A DNA stretch of 63,247 nucleotides, filler included, from Octopus bimaculoides (GCF_001194135.2; 6 parts of 4 records of this genome joined end to end with filler, not necessarily neighbours in it), one strand, 5' to 3'. Positions 25,716 through 40,218 are shown, numbered from the whole stretch's first letter. Notes: generated by a model from the letters alone, not told the origin. Numbers and translations are program-made.

Positions 25716-25812
25716 ATTTGCTCATGCTGTTGATGATGTACACAATTATTATGGTGATATCAATAGATATCTACAATTACTATTAACTACAGTATCATCA
25801 TTATAAAATACA

Positions 25813-25968
25813 GATGTGGCTGTGAGGTAAGAAATTTGCTTCCCCACTTCATCGTCCTGAGATCTGTTCCACTTCATGGTACATTGGGCAAATGTCTTCT
25901 AGTGTAGCCTTGGGGTGACCAAAGCCTTGTAAGTGGATTTCATAAATGGAAACTGAAAGAAGCTTGTC

Positions 25969-25972
<4 letters not shown>
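25813..25972 (+). mobile_element. SINE B 5' half
   Basis: gtggctgtgaggtaag..ttgggcaaatgtcttct..ccaaagccttgtaagtggattt..ggaaactgaaagaagc. Confidence 0.7.
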
Positions 25973-26008
<36 letters not shown>

Positions 26009-26098
26009 ACTTCGTTTCTGGATTTGGTTCGGAAGATTCTTTATGTGAGTTCGTGTGTTGAAGCATATTTTGTGTCTGGGGAAAGTCTTTCTCTTTTA

Positions 26099-26329
26099 GT
26101 GTCTTATTTAACACACACACACACTGGTAAGGTTTCCATTCATTTATTTTTCCTAAAATTTTTGTTGTGTCTTGCAACTTTTTCAATAGTCATTGACAGT
26201 GTTAACCGAGCTGTATTCTCGGATAGCCAATGACTATAGAAAAGGTAGCAAGATGCAACAAACATTTTAGGAAAAGTAAATAAGTGAATGAGTGGAAATT
26301 TTACCAGTGAGTATGTTAAATAATAAGGC
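26099..26329. repeat. Palindromic MITE-like element, same family as 8162-8355
   Basis: ctggtaaggtttccattcatttattttt pairs with aaataagtgaatgagtggaaattttaccag. Confidence 0.7.
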
Positions 26330-26548
26330 NNNNNNNNNNNNNNNNNNNNNNNNNNNNNNNNNNNNNNNNNNNNTTAATTAATTAANNNNNNNNNNNNNNN
26401 NNNNNNNNNNNNNNNNNNNNNNNNNNNNNTGTATGTATGTATGTATGTATGTATGTATATAAGAATGAAATGTGTACATCTACATATATATTATATTTAT
26501 ATATACGCATACATCTTTATATATTTATAAATACACACGCACGTATAC

Positions 26549-26618
<70 letters not shown>

Positions 26619-26959
26619 TAACCACTTATAATGAGGATTTTGGCTTCGGTTGATCATGTCATTGACAGTTATTCAATATATGTCTGAAGCATCTCAGCCT
26701 TTTTGTTATGAGAACATTATCATGGCATCTGACAAATACTTCACTGCAGAAATAGGTGACTGAATGAGTTCGATACAGGGAATGAGGACCGAAGAAACGT
26801 TGCTGAAACTGGTTCAGCTGCAGATCGTATAGATCCTTTCCCTTGGTACAGTTATACAGATGCTATCGGGGAAGTGATCAAATTGTCAAAGCCCTTTTTG
26901 GCTTTTGTTGCTTATTTCGACATCATTAAATAGCCCTCCATCGATTACGACAAAAAGTC

Positions 26960-27255
26960 TTCCAGCTGATCCGATCAACGGAACAGCCTAATCGTGAAAT
27001 TAACGTGCAACTTGCCTGAGTACTCCACAGGCTCGCGTATCGTTGACGTAGTCCTCAGGGAGGTTCAACTTGACACAGGATTTGACAAGGCTGGCCCTTC
27101 GAAATGCAAGTACTACATATTTTTTCTAGCTGAGTGGACTGGAGCAACGTGAAATTAAGTGAGTTGCTCAAGGACCGAACGCGGGATCGGGAATCGAAGC
27201 CACGACCCCAACGGTCGTGAACCAAATACCCTAACCACCTAAATCAAGCCCCTTC
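26960..27255 (-). mobile_element. SINE C-related element with a different central segment
   Basis: Shares gatccgatcaacggaacagcct..gtgaaattaacgtgcaa with 12393-12560; the middle is gagtggactggagcaacgtgaaatt..ttgctcaaggac; tRNA-like head gggaatcgaa..ccctaaccac. Confidence 0.65.
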
Positions 27256-27623
27256 ACTGACATCATTTAATCAATACATTAACGAAAGAAAGAAGGCCCC
27301 ATCTGCTGTACCCATTGAAACTATGAATTTGTTAAACAAATCCTGGATAATCTAAGTATTTCGTCGATGTCACAGGACCCAATGTGCTAATTCTGTTTAC
27401 TAAAATAACGAATATGGTGTCCACCGATGTTACTGTCATATGTGTGAGCATTTATAGATATAGAAATATANNNNNNNNNNNNNNNNNNNNNNNNNNNNNN
27501 NNNNNNNNNNNNNNNNNNNNNNNNNNNNNNNNNNNNNNNNNNNNNNNNNNNNNNNNNNNNNNNNNNNNNNNNNNNNNNNNNNNNNNNNNNNNNNNNNNNN
27601 NNNNNNNNNNNNNNNNNNNNNNN

Positions 27624-27665
<42 letters not shown>

Positions 27666-28442
27666 ATTTACGTGTATACATGCATGTATGTGTACGCTTG
27701 TACATGTGTAGGTAAATGCATGTATGCATGTGTATATGCATACAAGATGAGGAGGAGGAGTAAATCAGACGCTGATGGGGGTGTTTTTAGCGATAGAATA
27801 AGTGTCAAGCATTTCAAAAATTAAGAACTGTGATACCCCAGCATGGCCGCAGTCTAATGACTGAAACAAGTAAAAGATGAAATATTATAGGATATGATGA
27901 GGGAGTAATTATTAGGCCTAAATGGAGAGAGAGAGAGAGAGAGAGTGTGTGGTTGTAGCAAATGCCACACACACACACACACAGGGTGGAGTTGATGACA
28001 TGGCATGCAGCATGACTTTCCCAAGACTAATAAAGTCGTCTGATGAAAATAGAAACCAGCGGAAAGAAGAAGAGAAAAGAAAAATCATGAAATATAAATT
28101 GTGGATGGAGTCGGATTAGAGAAATATGGTTTGATCCGGGGATTTGGGCCGTGAATTCGACGTTATAAAGGGCAGACAACTGTTGTTGACATTCAGCAGG
28201 TGGACCACTTCTAGTACATAGAACTTCGATTTCGTGAGCAATTTATTAACAAAGCTTATGGATATCAATATAAGGTTGTATTACTGAAGTGAAAGTGTGT
28301 GGCTTTGATGATGTCTCTATATTAATTGCTGGTCAGGACATCATAATTCGTTATGCAATCATAATATATCCCCAAGTGTATTAAAGGCTTATAAGTCGGT
28401 GTTATGTCCTTCCTGTGTTAGCAGTGCGATTCAATCACTTTG

Positions 28443-28911
28443 TAAAGTTATCGCTACAGATTTTCCATAGCACTGAAAGTTACGATGTTTCGTATACGAA
28501 TGCGTCTATGTAAACAATGCGATCGAAGGTAGAAAACAAAGAGAATGGGTATATATTCATATCTCAGGAGTTCTTCATCCTTCGTCAGCACCACTTCCAA
28601 CCCATTAACCTTCCACGAAATACAGTGTTCCTAAACAGTTGCCAGGAATATGCCTCATATGTAAAAATTAGTAAACCCAATTGTGTTACACCGTTAAATT
28701 TAATGATTATTTAAGCAATGTGTTCGTGGATGGTTAATGGGTTGGATGTGGTACTGATGAAGCAGCAAGAATTTCTGTAATATGCATATACATAAATTAC
28801 CTATTTTGCTTTCTTCGATCACATTGTTTACATAGACGTATTCGTATACGAAACATCGTAATTTTCAGTGTTGACGTTAATTGCTATAGAAAATCTGTAA
28901 AGATAACTTTA
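28443..28911. mobile_element. MITE-like element with ~85-100-bp terminal inverted repeats
   Basis: taaagttatc..acgatgtttcgtatacgaatgcgtctatgtaaacaatgcgatcgaag (28443-28528) vs cttcgatcacattgtttacatagacgtattcgtatacgaaacatcgt..gataacttta (28813-28911). Confidence 0.8.
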
Positions 28912-29911
28912 AAAACCTATGGTTTTATATGAATCTGAGTGTATAAATGTATGCGCGTATATATGTATGCATTGTGTTCTATACGTAACTCTGAAGTACG
29001 TGCAGTTGTTGAGTTGCTGAGGTTTGGGCATAACGAGATTATGTCACCCAACACTACCTGGAGGTCACCGTTATAAATGCGTCACAAATGTAGAGGCCTT
29101 ATATGTAGTTGTAAGCAACTCCCCATTATTGGATATGTGCCGAAGAGTTCGAACATTCTCTTAGAAGAATATCTACTTCTGTGAGCAAATGGCCTCCCTT
29201 GCCACGTATTCCAAGAAGTTTCCAGAGGACGTCACTCGCGAGAGGCAATAGGTGTGTTGACCAGATAGAAAAGTACGGAGAGAAAAGGAGATTGAGAAAG
29301 CTAAAGACAGAGAGACGCAGAGGGAGAGAGAGGTAGTGAGAGAAAATTACCATGGAATCTAAACTTCGCAGTCAAACATTTTCACTGTTTTTTTTTTTTT
29401 GTTTTTGTAAAACTAGAATGGGTAATATTTCTGCAAGAATAATTTCTCTCTTTGATACAGAAGTGACAAGGAACAGTGAAATAAAATGAACCCACCACAT
29501 GCTAGGTACATATTACATAAGCACCACAGGGATTAGAAGTACGGCTGTGTTTCTGTACATGCGAGTATACATGTATGTATGTATGTATGTATGTATGTAT
29601 GAATGCGTTTGCTTTTGCTAATTAACATTTTCGAGTTTATCCTAACAGCATACCTGCTCAGTGGTGGCCAGTTTGTAATACAAAAAGTTATTTAATGAAA
29701 CAAATAAATTACGATCGTGTTGTTGGCTTTCGCCATCTTGTACTCAATCATTCACCGTTTAAATTTCAAGGCCTTGTAGATTTTAATTAACTTGCATACA
29801 ATAATCATCTCTACGTACGTGTGCATATACGCGCGTGCGCGTGCGTGCGTGTTATGTTCGTTTTGCACGCTTGTATGTATATCGTTAAGTATTTATGTAT
29901 GTATGAGTGTA

Positions 29912-29953
<42 letters not shown>

Positions 29954-29996
29954 TAAATAGACAGACAGACAGACAGANNNNNNNNNNGAGAGACAG

Positions 29997-30038
<42 letters not shown>

Positions 30039-31439
30039 CATACATACATACATACATACATGCATACATACATACATACATACATTGCTTAATGTATTCG
30101 TTGCTATTTAAAGACACTAGGATATGATTTGAGGGAAATTTGGCTGCTATTTCGCGCAGAGACTATGTTTTCGCTGGTCTGAAATAATCATGTTATTGTT
30201 GCTTCGTACCAATTCTAAGATCAGCTCTCATTGAATCGATTTATAGCGAAAGGAATTCCAGCCCCTATTCCATCGATTTATGAAGCAGGAATTACATTGT
30301 TCAATATATACCCTTTATTCGAGATATTCGGGTGTGATATGACTGTTAGTTCTAGAATTTCAAGCGACCATCTAACAGCACCTTTGTTGAACACCGAAAC
30401 CTGCTGATATGATGACATCATCTTGTGAGGAAGTGAAGTGATACACACACACACACACACACACACATACACATACACATACACACGCTGTCTCTCTCTT
30501 TTACTTTCTATTTCTTTCCTTCAGTATAATAATTCATATAAAGGAGCGATGTTAGGTATGAGTTACCAAGGAATTGTAAGATGAGTGGGAAGGCGAAGAG
30601 TTTTGGTTACATACATATGTATTCTTACAGCAGCATCGTTATGATAATGATACGAAATACAGAAACATCGACAAAATAACATAAATGTCATACTGCATAC
30701 CCTCCTCCTTCTGAGCACCCTCTCCCTCCCCGACTCCCTCCTGTCCCGTTCCTAACCACAAAAGGGCTTATTATATTACAATACACGCTTGACTTACTAA
30801 TTAGTTAAACTATGCCTACCTGAAAAGGAAAGAGGTGATGTCATATTGTGAATGAATATACGGTAAGTTGTCACTTATTCAAGTCAGTGACCTCATTTTC
30901 ATTTCAAGCTTCAAGTGTGTCATTCCACTTCGATTATCTTTTTCAGAAATGATTGAACATTACAACATCCCATTTATTCCTTTCTACCAGCATTACCGAC
31001 AACCAACATCAAAACCATTGCAGTGTTCCTGTCTGTATAACATGAAAATAACTAAAGAAAGCTAAGCCATCTCAAGTTGGCGGCAAAGTAACAGACTACA
31101 TGCAAGGAAAATTTGTTAATGAATTCATTCAGCGACCTAGAATCAAAAATTCATTTCACTTATATGAACCAGAGATGTAATAATACAGGAGAGCTTCGAG
31201 AAAACTTCCTTCTTCTATTTAAATGTAGCAACTCGAAACAAGGGGTTCGACTCTTGCCTTGCTAGAAACAATGTGGAGGTTTTCTTCTCATTTCCCGACC
31301 TAAAAGGAAGAAGAGATATCTGTATATTGTGGTAGTCCTAAATACAATTAGTCTATCAGATGGCGTGGTCACTGTTGGAAAGCCTTTGAAAAATAGATAC
31401 GTTTGATCATAATTCATCTGAGACTAAGCAACAGTGGCA

Positions 31440-31456
31440 TCAACATCAACAAGTGA

Positions 31457-31519
<63 letters not shown>

Positions 31520-31977
31520 CAGCAGCAGCAGCAGCAACAACAACAGTAGTAGTTGTTGCTGTTGCTATTGTAGCTATACTATCAATCGTAGTTATATTAT
31601 TATTATTATTTACTTTTAATCTGCATGTTTGTTACAATCACTTGCCGAGACACACACATTGTCCTGGGGCGAGTGAAGGATTAAGAGACGCTACAATATG
31701 ACTGAAAGATTGGGGAGGGAAATGGCGGGGGGGGGGCAGGAGCGAAATATCTTCATATAATACAACACAGACATTTAAATGGATAGGGCTTTTCTAAGGA
31801 TGTAGGCAGTATTTGTCACCACGATATTTTTGGATTTCTCTGAGACATGGTTCTCCTGGGATCTTATCTAGATATTTCTGACATCCCTTTCTTATTATAC
31901 CTAGAACACCCACAATAACAGGAACAGTTCTCGCTTTAAGATGCTACATCTTTTGTATTTCAATTTCCAAGTCCTTA

Positions 31978-32052
<75 letters not shown>

Positions 32053-32247
32053 CGTACGCGCTGGTGGCAAAGAAAAAGAAATTATCACCATTAACGTTTA
32101 TTACAATTAGTATCATGCCGCCGAAGTAGACTTTTCCTTTCATCCTTTTGGGGGTCGATAAATCACGTACCAGTCAAATACTGGGTCGATGTAATCAACT
32201 CATCCCTTCCCCCAAATGGCTGCCCTTGTGGCAGAATTTGAAACCAT

Positions 32248-32287
<40 letters not shown>

Positions 32288-32852
32288 CGTAGTAGTAGTA
32301 GTAGTATTTTCCTGTTAACCACTCCCACCACACCCCCGGTTATGTCACGCCTTGTTTAAACTCATATATCACTCTGCGATCTCTGACACGATTTATTTAT
32401 TTATTTATTTATTGTGATTTGAAATGAATTGCCACTTCCTGTTGCGTTGTTGTTGTTCTTTTTTTTATCGCTGTTACCCGTTGTTGGTGTTGTTGTTGTT
32501 TTTGTTGTTGTTGTTGTTTTTTATTGTTGTTGTTATTGCTGTTGTCTCAGATACTGCAACAGAGGATGGAAGCTGATGGTGGATAATTGTGGTGTTGTTC
32601 TTGTGCTATGATGGCAGTGAACATTGCAGTAATTGTTACGTGATCAGTGGTGGTGGTCCTGTTGGGCAATGATGATGACTATGATGATGATGGTGGTGGC
32701 GGTGGTGGTGGTGTTGGTGATGGTGACGTAATCGTTAGAGGAAGCTGTGTAAAATGATAATTCTGGTGCTATAGGTGTGATAGTTGAGTCTTAGTGTTGC
32801 CAATGGTTACCTAGGTTTCAAAGCAACACAAGATCAGCGGCAGAATTTACAC

Positions 32853-32900
<48 letters not shown>

Positions 32901-33080
32901 CAGTTGTAATCACATTGGAGTATCGTTTTAGTAGCGATTGCCATATATGGGTGTTTCCGATTCCTTTTACTTGTAATAGATGTTGTAGTTGAGACCTATT
33001 GTTGTTGTTGTTGTTGATTATGATGATATTGTTGTTGTTGATGTTGCTGTGTTGGCTTTTCTTTGTGCTACGCTTATTGC
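31440..33080. repeat. Cluster of trinucleotide microsatellites (AGT, AGC, TAT, TAG, GTT, GGT)
   Basis: Directly visible; these generate the poly-S/V/N/L/T pseudo-ORFs in the track. Confidence 0.9.
32118..32250 (+). mobile_element. SINE A 3' half
   Basis: cgccgaagtagacttttcctttcatcctttt..gggtcgatgtaatc..cttgtggcagaatttgaaacca. Confidence 0.7.
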
Positions 33081-33157
33081 TTTTGTGAAGCTTGTGAAAA
33101 CGCATTCTTCATGAAGACACGCGTATAGCTGAAACTACACGAATACCATATTATATG

Positions 33158-33394
33158 GGTTCCAGTTGATCCGATCAACGGAACAGCCTACTCCTGAAAT
33201 TAACGTACAAGTGGCTGAGCACTCCACAGACACGTGTACCCTTAACGTAGTTCTCGGGGGAGATCCAGCATGACACAGAGTGTGACGAGGCTGGCCATTT
33301 GAAATACAGGTACAACAGGAAGAAAGAAGGAAAGTTGTGGTTGAAAGAATGCATAAGGAGGGTACTCCACCACCCCTGCTTCGTGGAGCTTTAA
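33158..33394 (-). mobile_element. SINE C partial, ending at a gap
   Basis: Aligns with 12424-12670. Confidence 0.8.
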
Positions 33395-34199
33395 NNNNNN
33401 NNNNNNNNNNNNNNNNNNNNNNNNNNNNNNNNNNNNNNNNNNNNNNNNNNNNNNNNNNNNNNNNNNNNNNNNNNNNNNNNNNNNNNNNNNNNNNNNNNNN
33501 NNNNNNNNNNNNNNNNNNNNNNNNNNNNNNNNNNNNNNNNNNNNNNNNNNNNNNNNNNNNNNNNNNNNNNNNNNNNNNNNNNNNNNNNNNNNNNNNNNNN
33601 NNNNNNNNNNNNNNNNNNNNNNNNNNNNNNNNNNNNNNNNNNNNNNNNNNNNNNNNNNNNNNNNNNNNNNNNNNNNNNNNNNNNNNNNNNNNNNNNNNNN
33701 NNNNNNNNNNNNNNNNNNNNNNNNNNNNNNNNNNNNNNNNNNNNNNNNNNNNNNNNNNNNNNNNNNNNNNNNNNNNNNNNNNNNNNNNNNNNNNNNNNNN
33801 NNNNNNNNNNNNNNNNNNNNNNNNNNNNNNNNNNNNNNNNNNNNNNNNNNNNNNNNNNNNNNNNNNNNNNNNNNNNNNNNNNNNNNNNNNNNNNNNNNNN
33901 NNNNNNNNNNNNNNNNNNNNNNNNNNNNNNNNNNNNNNNNNNNNNNNNNNNNNNNNNNNNNNNNNNNNNNNNNNNNNNNNNNNNNNNNNNNNNNNNNNNN
34001 NNNNNNNNNNNNNNNNNNNNNNNNNNNNNNNNNNNNNNNNNNNNNNNNNNNNNNNNNNNNNNNNNNNNNNNNNNNNNNNNNNNNNNNNNNNNNNNNNNNN
34101 NNNNNNNNNNNNNNNNNNNNNNNNNNNNNNNNNNNNNNNNNNNNNNNNNNNNNNNNNNNNNNNNNNNNNNNNNNNNNNNNNNNNNNNNNNNNNNNNNNN

Positions 34200-34242
<43 letters not shown>

Positions 34243-34920
34243 GTATATACATACATGTATATATATATATATACATACATATGTGTGTGCGTGTGTATTT
34301 TAAACAATTAACTAAGAAAAATAACTCAAAGTACCAAAGAAATGTATTTTACAAACATAAACAAATACATGCATATCAAATATCATACAACAAATTCATT
34401 ATCCATTAAAATTATCCCCGCCTCTAGAGGATGTAACATAATTACCAAGTGGTAATTAAAAACCATCTCTACTTAAGAAAGGGAGATCGTCTCATGAATC
34501 AAGTATCTTCCAATGTTGACATGCCATTTAGGAAGAGGACAAGCTTTTGTCTGGAGAAAAGCCGACAGTATATAACACGTGTTTCTACCTCAAGAAGCCT
34601 CATCAGTGCAACAATTGTCTTACATTAACTCCAGTTGGCAAAAGAAATCTTCGAAAAGAGTAGATAATGATACATATGTCGTATAAATATAAATAAATAA
34701 TATATATATATATATATATANNNNNNNNNNNNNNNNNNNNNNNNNNNNNNNNNNNNNNNNNNNNNNNNNNNNNNNNNNNNNNNNNNNNNNNNNNNNNNNN
34801 NNNNNNNNNNNNNNNNNNNNNNNNNNNNNNNNNNNNNNNNNNNNNNNNNNNNNNNNNNNNNNNNNNNNNNNNNNNNNNNNNNNNNNNNNNNNNNNNNNNN
34901 NNNNNNNNNNNNNNNNNNNN

Positions 34921-34961
<41 letters not shown>

Positions 34962-34974
34962 GTGTGCATGGTGT

Positions 34975-35500
34975 GCAACTTAAGACAATCCAGTGCCACA
35001 ACGAAGATTGACTCGGTGAAACAGATGAGCCATTGGGCGAGGCTACGTGATCTGAAGTTCCACTGCCTGGAGAGAAAGCGCGAAAGATATGCAGTGATAT
35101 ACATTTAGAATATACTGGAAGGTCTAGCTCCCAATTGTAAGCTATACCAACCACCGAACTGGATGGCACTGTACAGTACTAAAGATCCCAAGTTCTTCAT
35201 TTTGAATAAGGACCCAACACTGTAACAGCTTGAGTTTTAATTGTCCACAACTTTTCAACATTCTTCGAAACGACCTCAGGAGTTTGTGCGTTGTAGATCT
35301 GGAGGATCTGAAAGACTGTCTGGACTAAATTATATATGCGATACCAGGTGAACTCACGTCGCAGCACGTGACCCAAAGAAGAGCACTTCTGTCTAGCTCG
35401 CTATTTCACCGGAAACAGCAGAGTAAGGAAACTCAAACACACTGAACGACCGTGCTCCAGCATGACCCCAGCCTCTGGCTTGAACCAATAGAAATAAAAG
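34975..35500 (+). mobile_element. CR1-group LINE 3' end, second copy
   Basis: KQMSHWARLRDLKFHCLERKRERYAVIYI*NILEGL, cactgtaacagcttgagtttt..cacaacttttcaacatt, and tail gtgctccagcatgacc..aaataaaaga; parallels 4780-5290. Confidence 0.8.
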
Positions 35501-36148
35501 ATTTCGTAGATGTCGATTCGTTTTAGGAGTTCAATGAACTTTAAGTTGCATGGTTACATGCAGTTGAATCTTACTGTTATTATATAATATACATACAGGC
35601 ATGTATACATATATATGCCAATCTATCTATTTATCTATATGTATATACATATGTATATGAATGTATATGTATATATATGCATACACACATATATATGTAT
35701 ACAAACATACATACATACATTCATATATACATATACATATATATATATATATATATATANNNNNNNNNNNNNNNNNNNNNNNNNNNNNNNNNNNNNNNNN
35801 NNNNNNNNNNNNNNNNNNNNNNNNNNNNNNNNNNNNNNNNNNNNNNNNNNNNNNNNNNNNNNNNNNNNNNNNNNNNNNNNNNNNNNNNNNNNNNNNNNNN
35901 NNNNNNNNNNNNNNNNNNNNNNNNNNNNNNNNNNNNNNNNNNNNNNNNNNNNNNNNNNNNNNNNNNNNNNNNNNNNNNNNNNNNNNNNNNNNNNNNNNNN
36001 NNNNNNNNNNNNNNNNNNNNNNNNNNNNNNNNNNNNNNNNNNNNNNNNNNNNNNNNNNNNNNNNNNNNNNNNNNNNNNNNNNNNNNNNNNNNNNNNNNNN
36101 NNNNNNNNNNNNNNNNNNNNNNNNNNNNNNNNNNNNNNNNNNNNNNNN

Positions 36149-36189
<41 letters not shown>

Positions 36190-37230
36190 GTATGTATGTA
36201 TGTATGTATGTATGTATGTATGTGTGGGTGGGATTTTCAGAAGTGCTAACGTTTGGCGGAATTTGGCCTGGGTGGTGGAGTAAATAATTAGTCTAAGGTG
36301 TGGTATTGGTGGAGGTAATATCAATGACGAGAAAGGAGATGAATGAGTCTGGCTGACTGAATGAGGGTGGTACGAGTCCAAATAAATTGGAAGATCAACT
36401 TTTACTGTAGTATGGATAGAAAAGAAGGAGGAAAGGCGGTGACACCTGTCGTGGTGTGGTGCTGTAGAGCAATTTCATGCCTGGCCTCTCTTTGTCTGTG
36501 TATAGTGAAAGCATTGTCCCAGATCTGGCAGCAGAATTCACCTAAAGTTTGTGAAGGTTTAAGATACATACTGTATTTGCGAGGACGAAGATGGACGACA
36601 AAACACTTTAACACTGACCATTGTCAATGTTGTTAGTATTATCACTACGTTGTTTATAGAATGAGAGAGCAGTGCATGCCATTAAGGTGACACTGGGGTA
36701 AAATATACGAAGCCCAGTATACCCATCATTTCTACCTGTCTGATGAGGGTACTCCAGGAACATACATCACAACCATATGTGCACGACTTGGTCATCTCAT
36801 ATCACGATAAAGAACGCATGACCTTGCGGCTGGAGCCTAGTTGGAATTTTCTTCAGGCTGAGTAGCCTATCTTACTCGAAAAATACCTGAATAAAGCTTG
36901 TTTGAGGATCATGAACAAAGCACCCATGTTTCCGGGTGTGAATTATTCAGATCCCAAAGAATACCTCTCAACATATAGTTATGATGTTCCCTAACCACTT
37001 CAGAGATGCACATATCGTCAGCAACTAAGGAAATGCTCAACTGGTTAGGGTCAAGCAACTGCTAAGCAAATCTGTATTATGAAGCAGAATATTTGCTGTA
37101 ACCCATCTTTTTATATCAAGACAAAAAAGCAATGTACATGATAACACTTCCAATCAGTTAAGATCAAAAGCCATTAGAGCCACTGCTTGCTACTGCATCA
37201 GGACAATTATTATAATTATCATTATTATTA

Positions 37231-37285
<55 letters not shown>

Positions 37286-37286
<1 letters not shown>

Positions 37287-37411
37287 GCCTTTGCACAGCT
37301 TCTAACGCTGGAGATGTACGACGGTGTCAACTGTTCACTACCAGTGAACTAAGGTAACACCCCTCATTTTTCGAGCACCTTCCGGAGTATTCGACCGGTT
37401 CTAAGCAATGA
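37286..37411 (-). mobile_element. 3' end of an R4/Dong-like non-LTR element abutting (TAA)n
   Basis: Minus strand reads SLLRTGRILRKVLEK* (cf. LLGTARILRKVL of restriction-like-endonuclease clades), then a ~80-nt UTR and a (TAA)n tract at ~37205-37286. Confidence 0.55.
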
Positions 37412-37571
37412 TAACTACATCTCAAAACTATTGTTTTAATCTCAACAAATGAGCTGGGATAAAGGCGTCTGAGGAACACCTCAGGACTACGCACACAGAT
37501 GCTTGTATATGAATAGATGTGGACTTATGCACATGTGTATGTATGTACATAAATATACATATATATATATA

Positions 37572-37606
<35 letters not shown>

Positions 37607-37984
37607 NNNNNNNNNNNNNNNNNNNNNNNNNNNNNNNNNNNNNNNNNNNNNNNNNNNNNNNNNNNNNNNNNNNNNNNNNNNNNNNNNNNNNNNNNNNNNN
37701 NNNNNNNNNNNNNNNNNNNNNNNNNNNNNNNNNNNNNNNNNNNNNNNNNNNNNNNNNNNNNNNNNNNNNNNNNNNNNNNNNNNNNNNNNNNNNNNNNNNN
37801 NNNNNNNNNNNNNNNNNNNNNNNNNNNNNNNNNNNNNNNNNNNNNNNNNNNNNNNNNNNNNNNNNNNNNNNNNNNNNNNNNNNNNNNNNNNNNNNNNNNN
37901 NNNNNNNNNNNNNNNNNNNNNNNNNNNNNNNNNNNNNNNNNNNNNNNNNNNNNNNNNNNNNNNNNNNNNNNNNNNNNNNNNNNN

Positions 37985-38051
<67 letters not shown>

Positions 38052-38182
38052 TTTTTTTATTGTCCCGGTTTTGATAAAACAAACTTGTTCGAATCAACTT
38101 TAACGACCCCTCCCCTCAAAATTCCTGGTTTTCTTATTAATTTGAAGATAATTAAAATTATTATTAGACTCGCAGTCAGAAG

Positions 38183-38400
38183 AAAGCGGTGAACCGACAG
38201 AATCGTTAGCATGCCGGACAAAATACTTAACGGTACTTCGTCCGACTTCACGTTCTCAGTCTAAATCCCACCGAGCTCGACTTTGCTTTTAATCCTCCGA
38301 GGCTGGATAACATAAGTACCAGTCATATAGTGGGGTCGATGTAATCGACTTTCGCCCATCCCCAAAATTTCAAGCCATTAGCCTATAATAGAAAAGATTG
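38183..38400 (+). mobile_element. SINE A, degenerate
   Basis: gacagaatcgttagcatgccggacaaaatacttaacggtacttcgtc..ggggtcgatgtaatcgac..gcctataatagaaaagatt. Confidence 0.75.
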
Positions 38401-38894
38401 TTACAGTTAGAAGTTGACTTGGGCGCAGAAACAGCTGAAGAAATGGTTCGACAGTAGCTTTTCTGAGATCAATAAAAATAAATAGCCACAGGCGGGGCTA
38501 GCGAATTGGGGCCGTTCCAGTGTAAATAAGAAACGTTACAGTCAAATCAAATCTCACAAAACCAACTCCATGTTAGAAGTTTTTTTTCCCCCTTTTGGTG
38601 TGTGTATTAGATAATTCAGTGTTATACACACACAATATATAAACATATATATCATAAACAATTCTTATAATTCTCTTGTTTTCGTTTACTTTGATGGTCA
38701 GTAAATTCTGTTGCTGACACCCTTTGTAAGTATGTAAGTATATATATGTAAGCATATGTATATACATATCTAATATGTGTGTATGTATCTATATGTACAC
38801 ATGTATATGCACATACATATATAAATATTTATGTATATATGTATGAGCGTGTGTGTATTTGTATGTAAGGCTGAATTTGAGTATGTAAGGGGAA

Positions 38895-38930
<36 letters not shown>

Positions 38931-39052
38931 TTCCTGTATTTGAAGTGACGTTCTGGAATGTTAAATTTATTTGCGGCGAAAGGAACTGTGACAAACCAAC
39001 TGATTGATGAAACAATTAATTTCTTAATTAGTTAATTATTTAACTGATAGCA

Positions 39053-39113
<61 letters not shown>

Positions 39114-39635
39114 CAACAACAACAATAGATAATAATAATAATATTAATAATAACATGTGCGAGTATTTTAATGGCTAGATTACCCTCCCAAACTACAACG
39201 ACATATATATAGAGAGAGGGATATAGACATAGATATTGATATATGTATTGTATACAATCATATATTGGCATGTATAACAAAGTTGGACCCCTCGGTGAAA
39301 AGGTAAAAAGATGATAATCTCTGAATGAGTCAAGCTATTTTCATTGGCATGTATATTAGATATGTCCGTTACACACACATTATTTTTATTATTATTACTA
39401 TTATTATTATTATTATTATCATTATTATTATCATTATCATCATCATTGTCACATTCATTAATCGGTGCTATAATACCAGTTATTTTCTTGGGTTCAATTA
39501 TTTCGAGTGAACGTCACCCAAGCAAGAGATGCTCCTCTTCCCGCCACACCTACTCCTGCTAACAGTACAATCCAACGCTATTTGCTAATGTGTCTGTCAG
39601 AGGTGATCTGTCTCTATGAAAGAGAAATGGAGAAC

Positions 39636-39720
39636 GAGAGAGAAAGGGACAGAGAGAGAAGGGGACAGAGAGAGAAAGGGACAGAGAGAGAAAGGGACAG
39701 AGAGAGAAAGGGACAGAGAG
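39636..39720. repeat. 16-bp tandem repeat (GAGAGAGAAAGGGACA), ~5 copies
   Basis: Directly visible. Confidence 0.85.
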
Positions 39721-39761
39721 AGAGAGGTTATGTATGTGTGTGACCTCGTCTCCCATATTTC

Positions 39762-39797
<36 letters not shown>

Positions 39798-39810
39798 TGT
39801 ATGTGTATGT

Positions 39811-40213
39811 TTTCTTTACTCTTTTACTTGTTTCAGTCATTTGACTGCGGTCATGCTGGAGCACCGCCTTTAGCAGAAGAAATCGACCCCAGGACTTCTT
39901 CTTTGTAAGCTTAATACTTATTCAATCGGTCTATTTTATCGAACCGCTAAGTTTTGAGGACTTGAACACACCAGCAGCGGTTGTCAAGCGATGGTGAAGG
40001 GACAAACACAGACACACGCACGTCCATGCATATATATATACATATACGTGTACACGACGGGCTTCTTTCAGTTTCCGTCTACCAAATCTACTCACATGGC
40101 TTTGGTCGGCCCGAGGCTATAATAGCACACACTTGCCCAATGTGTTACACAGTGGGACTGAACCTAGAACCATGTGGTTGGGAAGCAAGCTTCCTACCGC
40201 ACAGCGACGCCTG
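39811..40213 (-). mobile_element. SINE B, full length
   Basis: Reverse complement aligns with 51640-52052. Confidence 0.85.
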
Positions 40214-40218
40214 TATAT

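Noticed and set aside
36640-37200. ~560-bp segment that looks like an interspersed repeat
   Set aside because: There is no second copy, ORF or terminal structure in the window to support a call.
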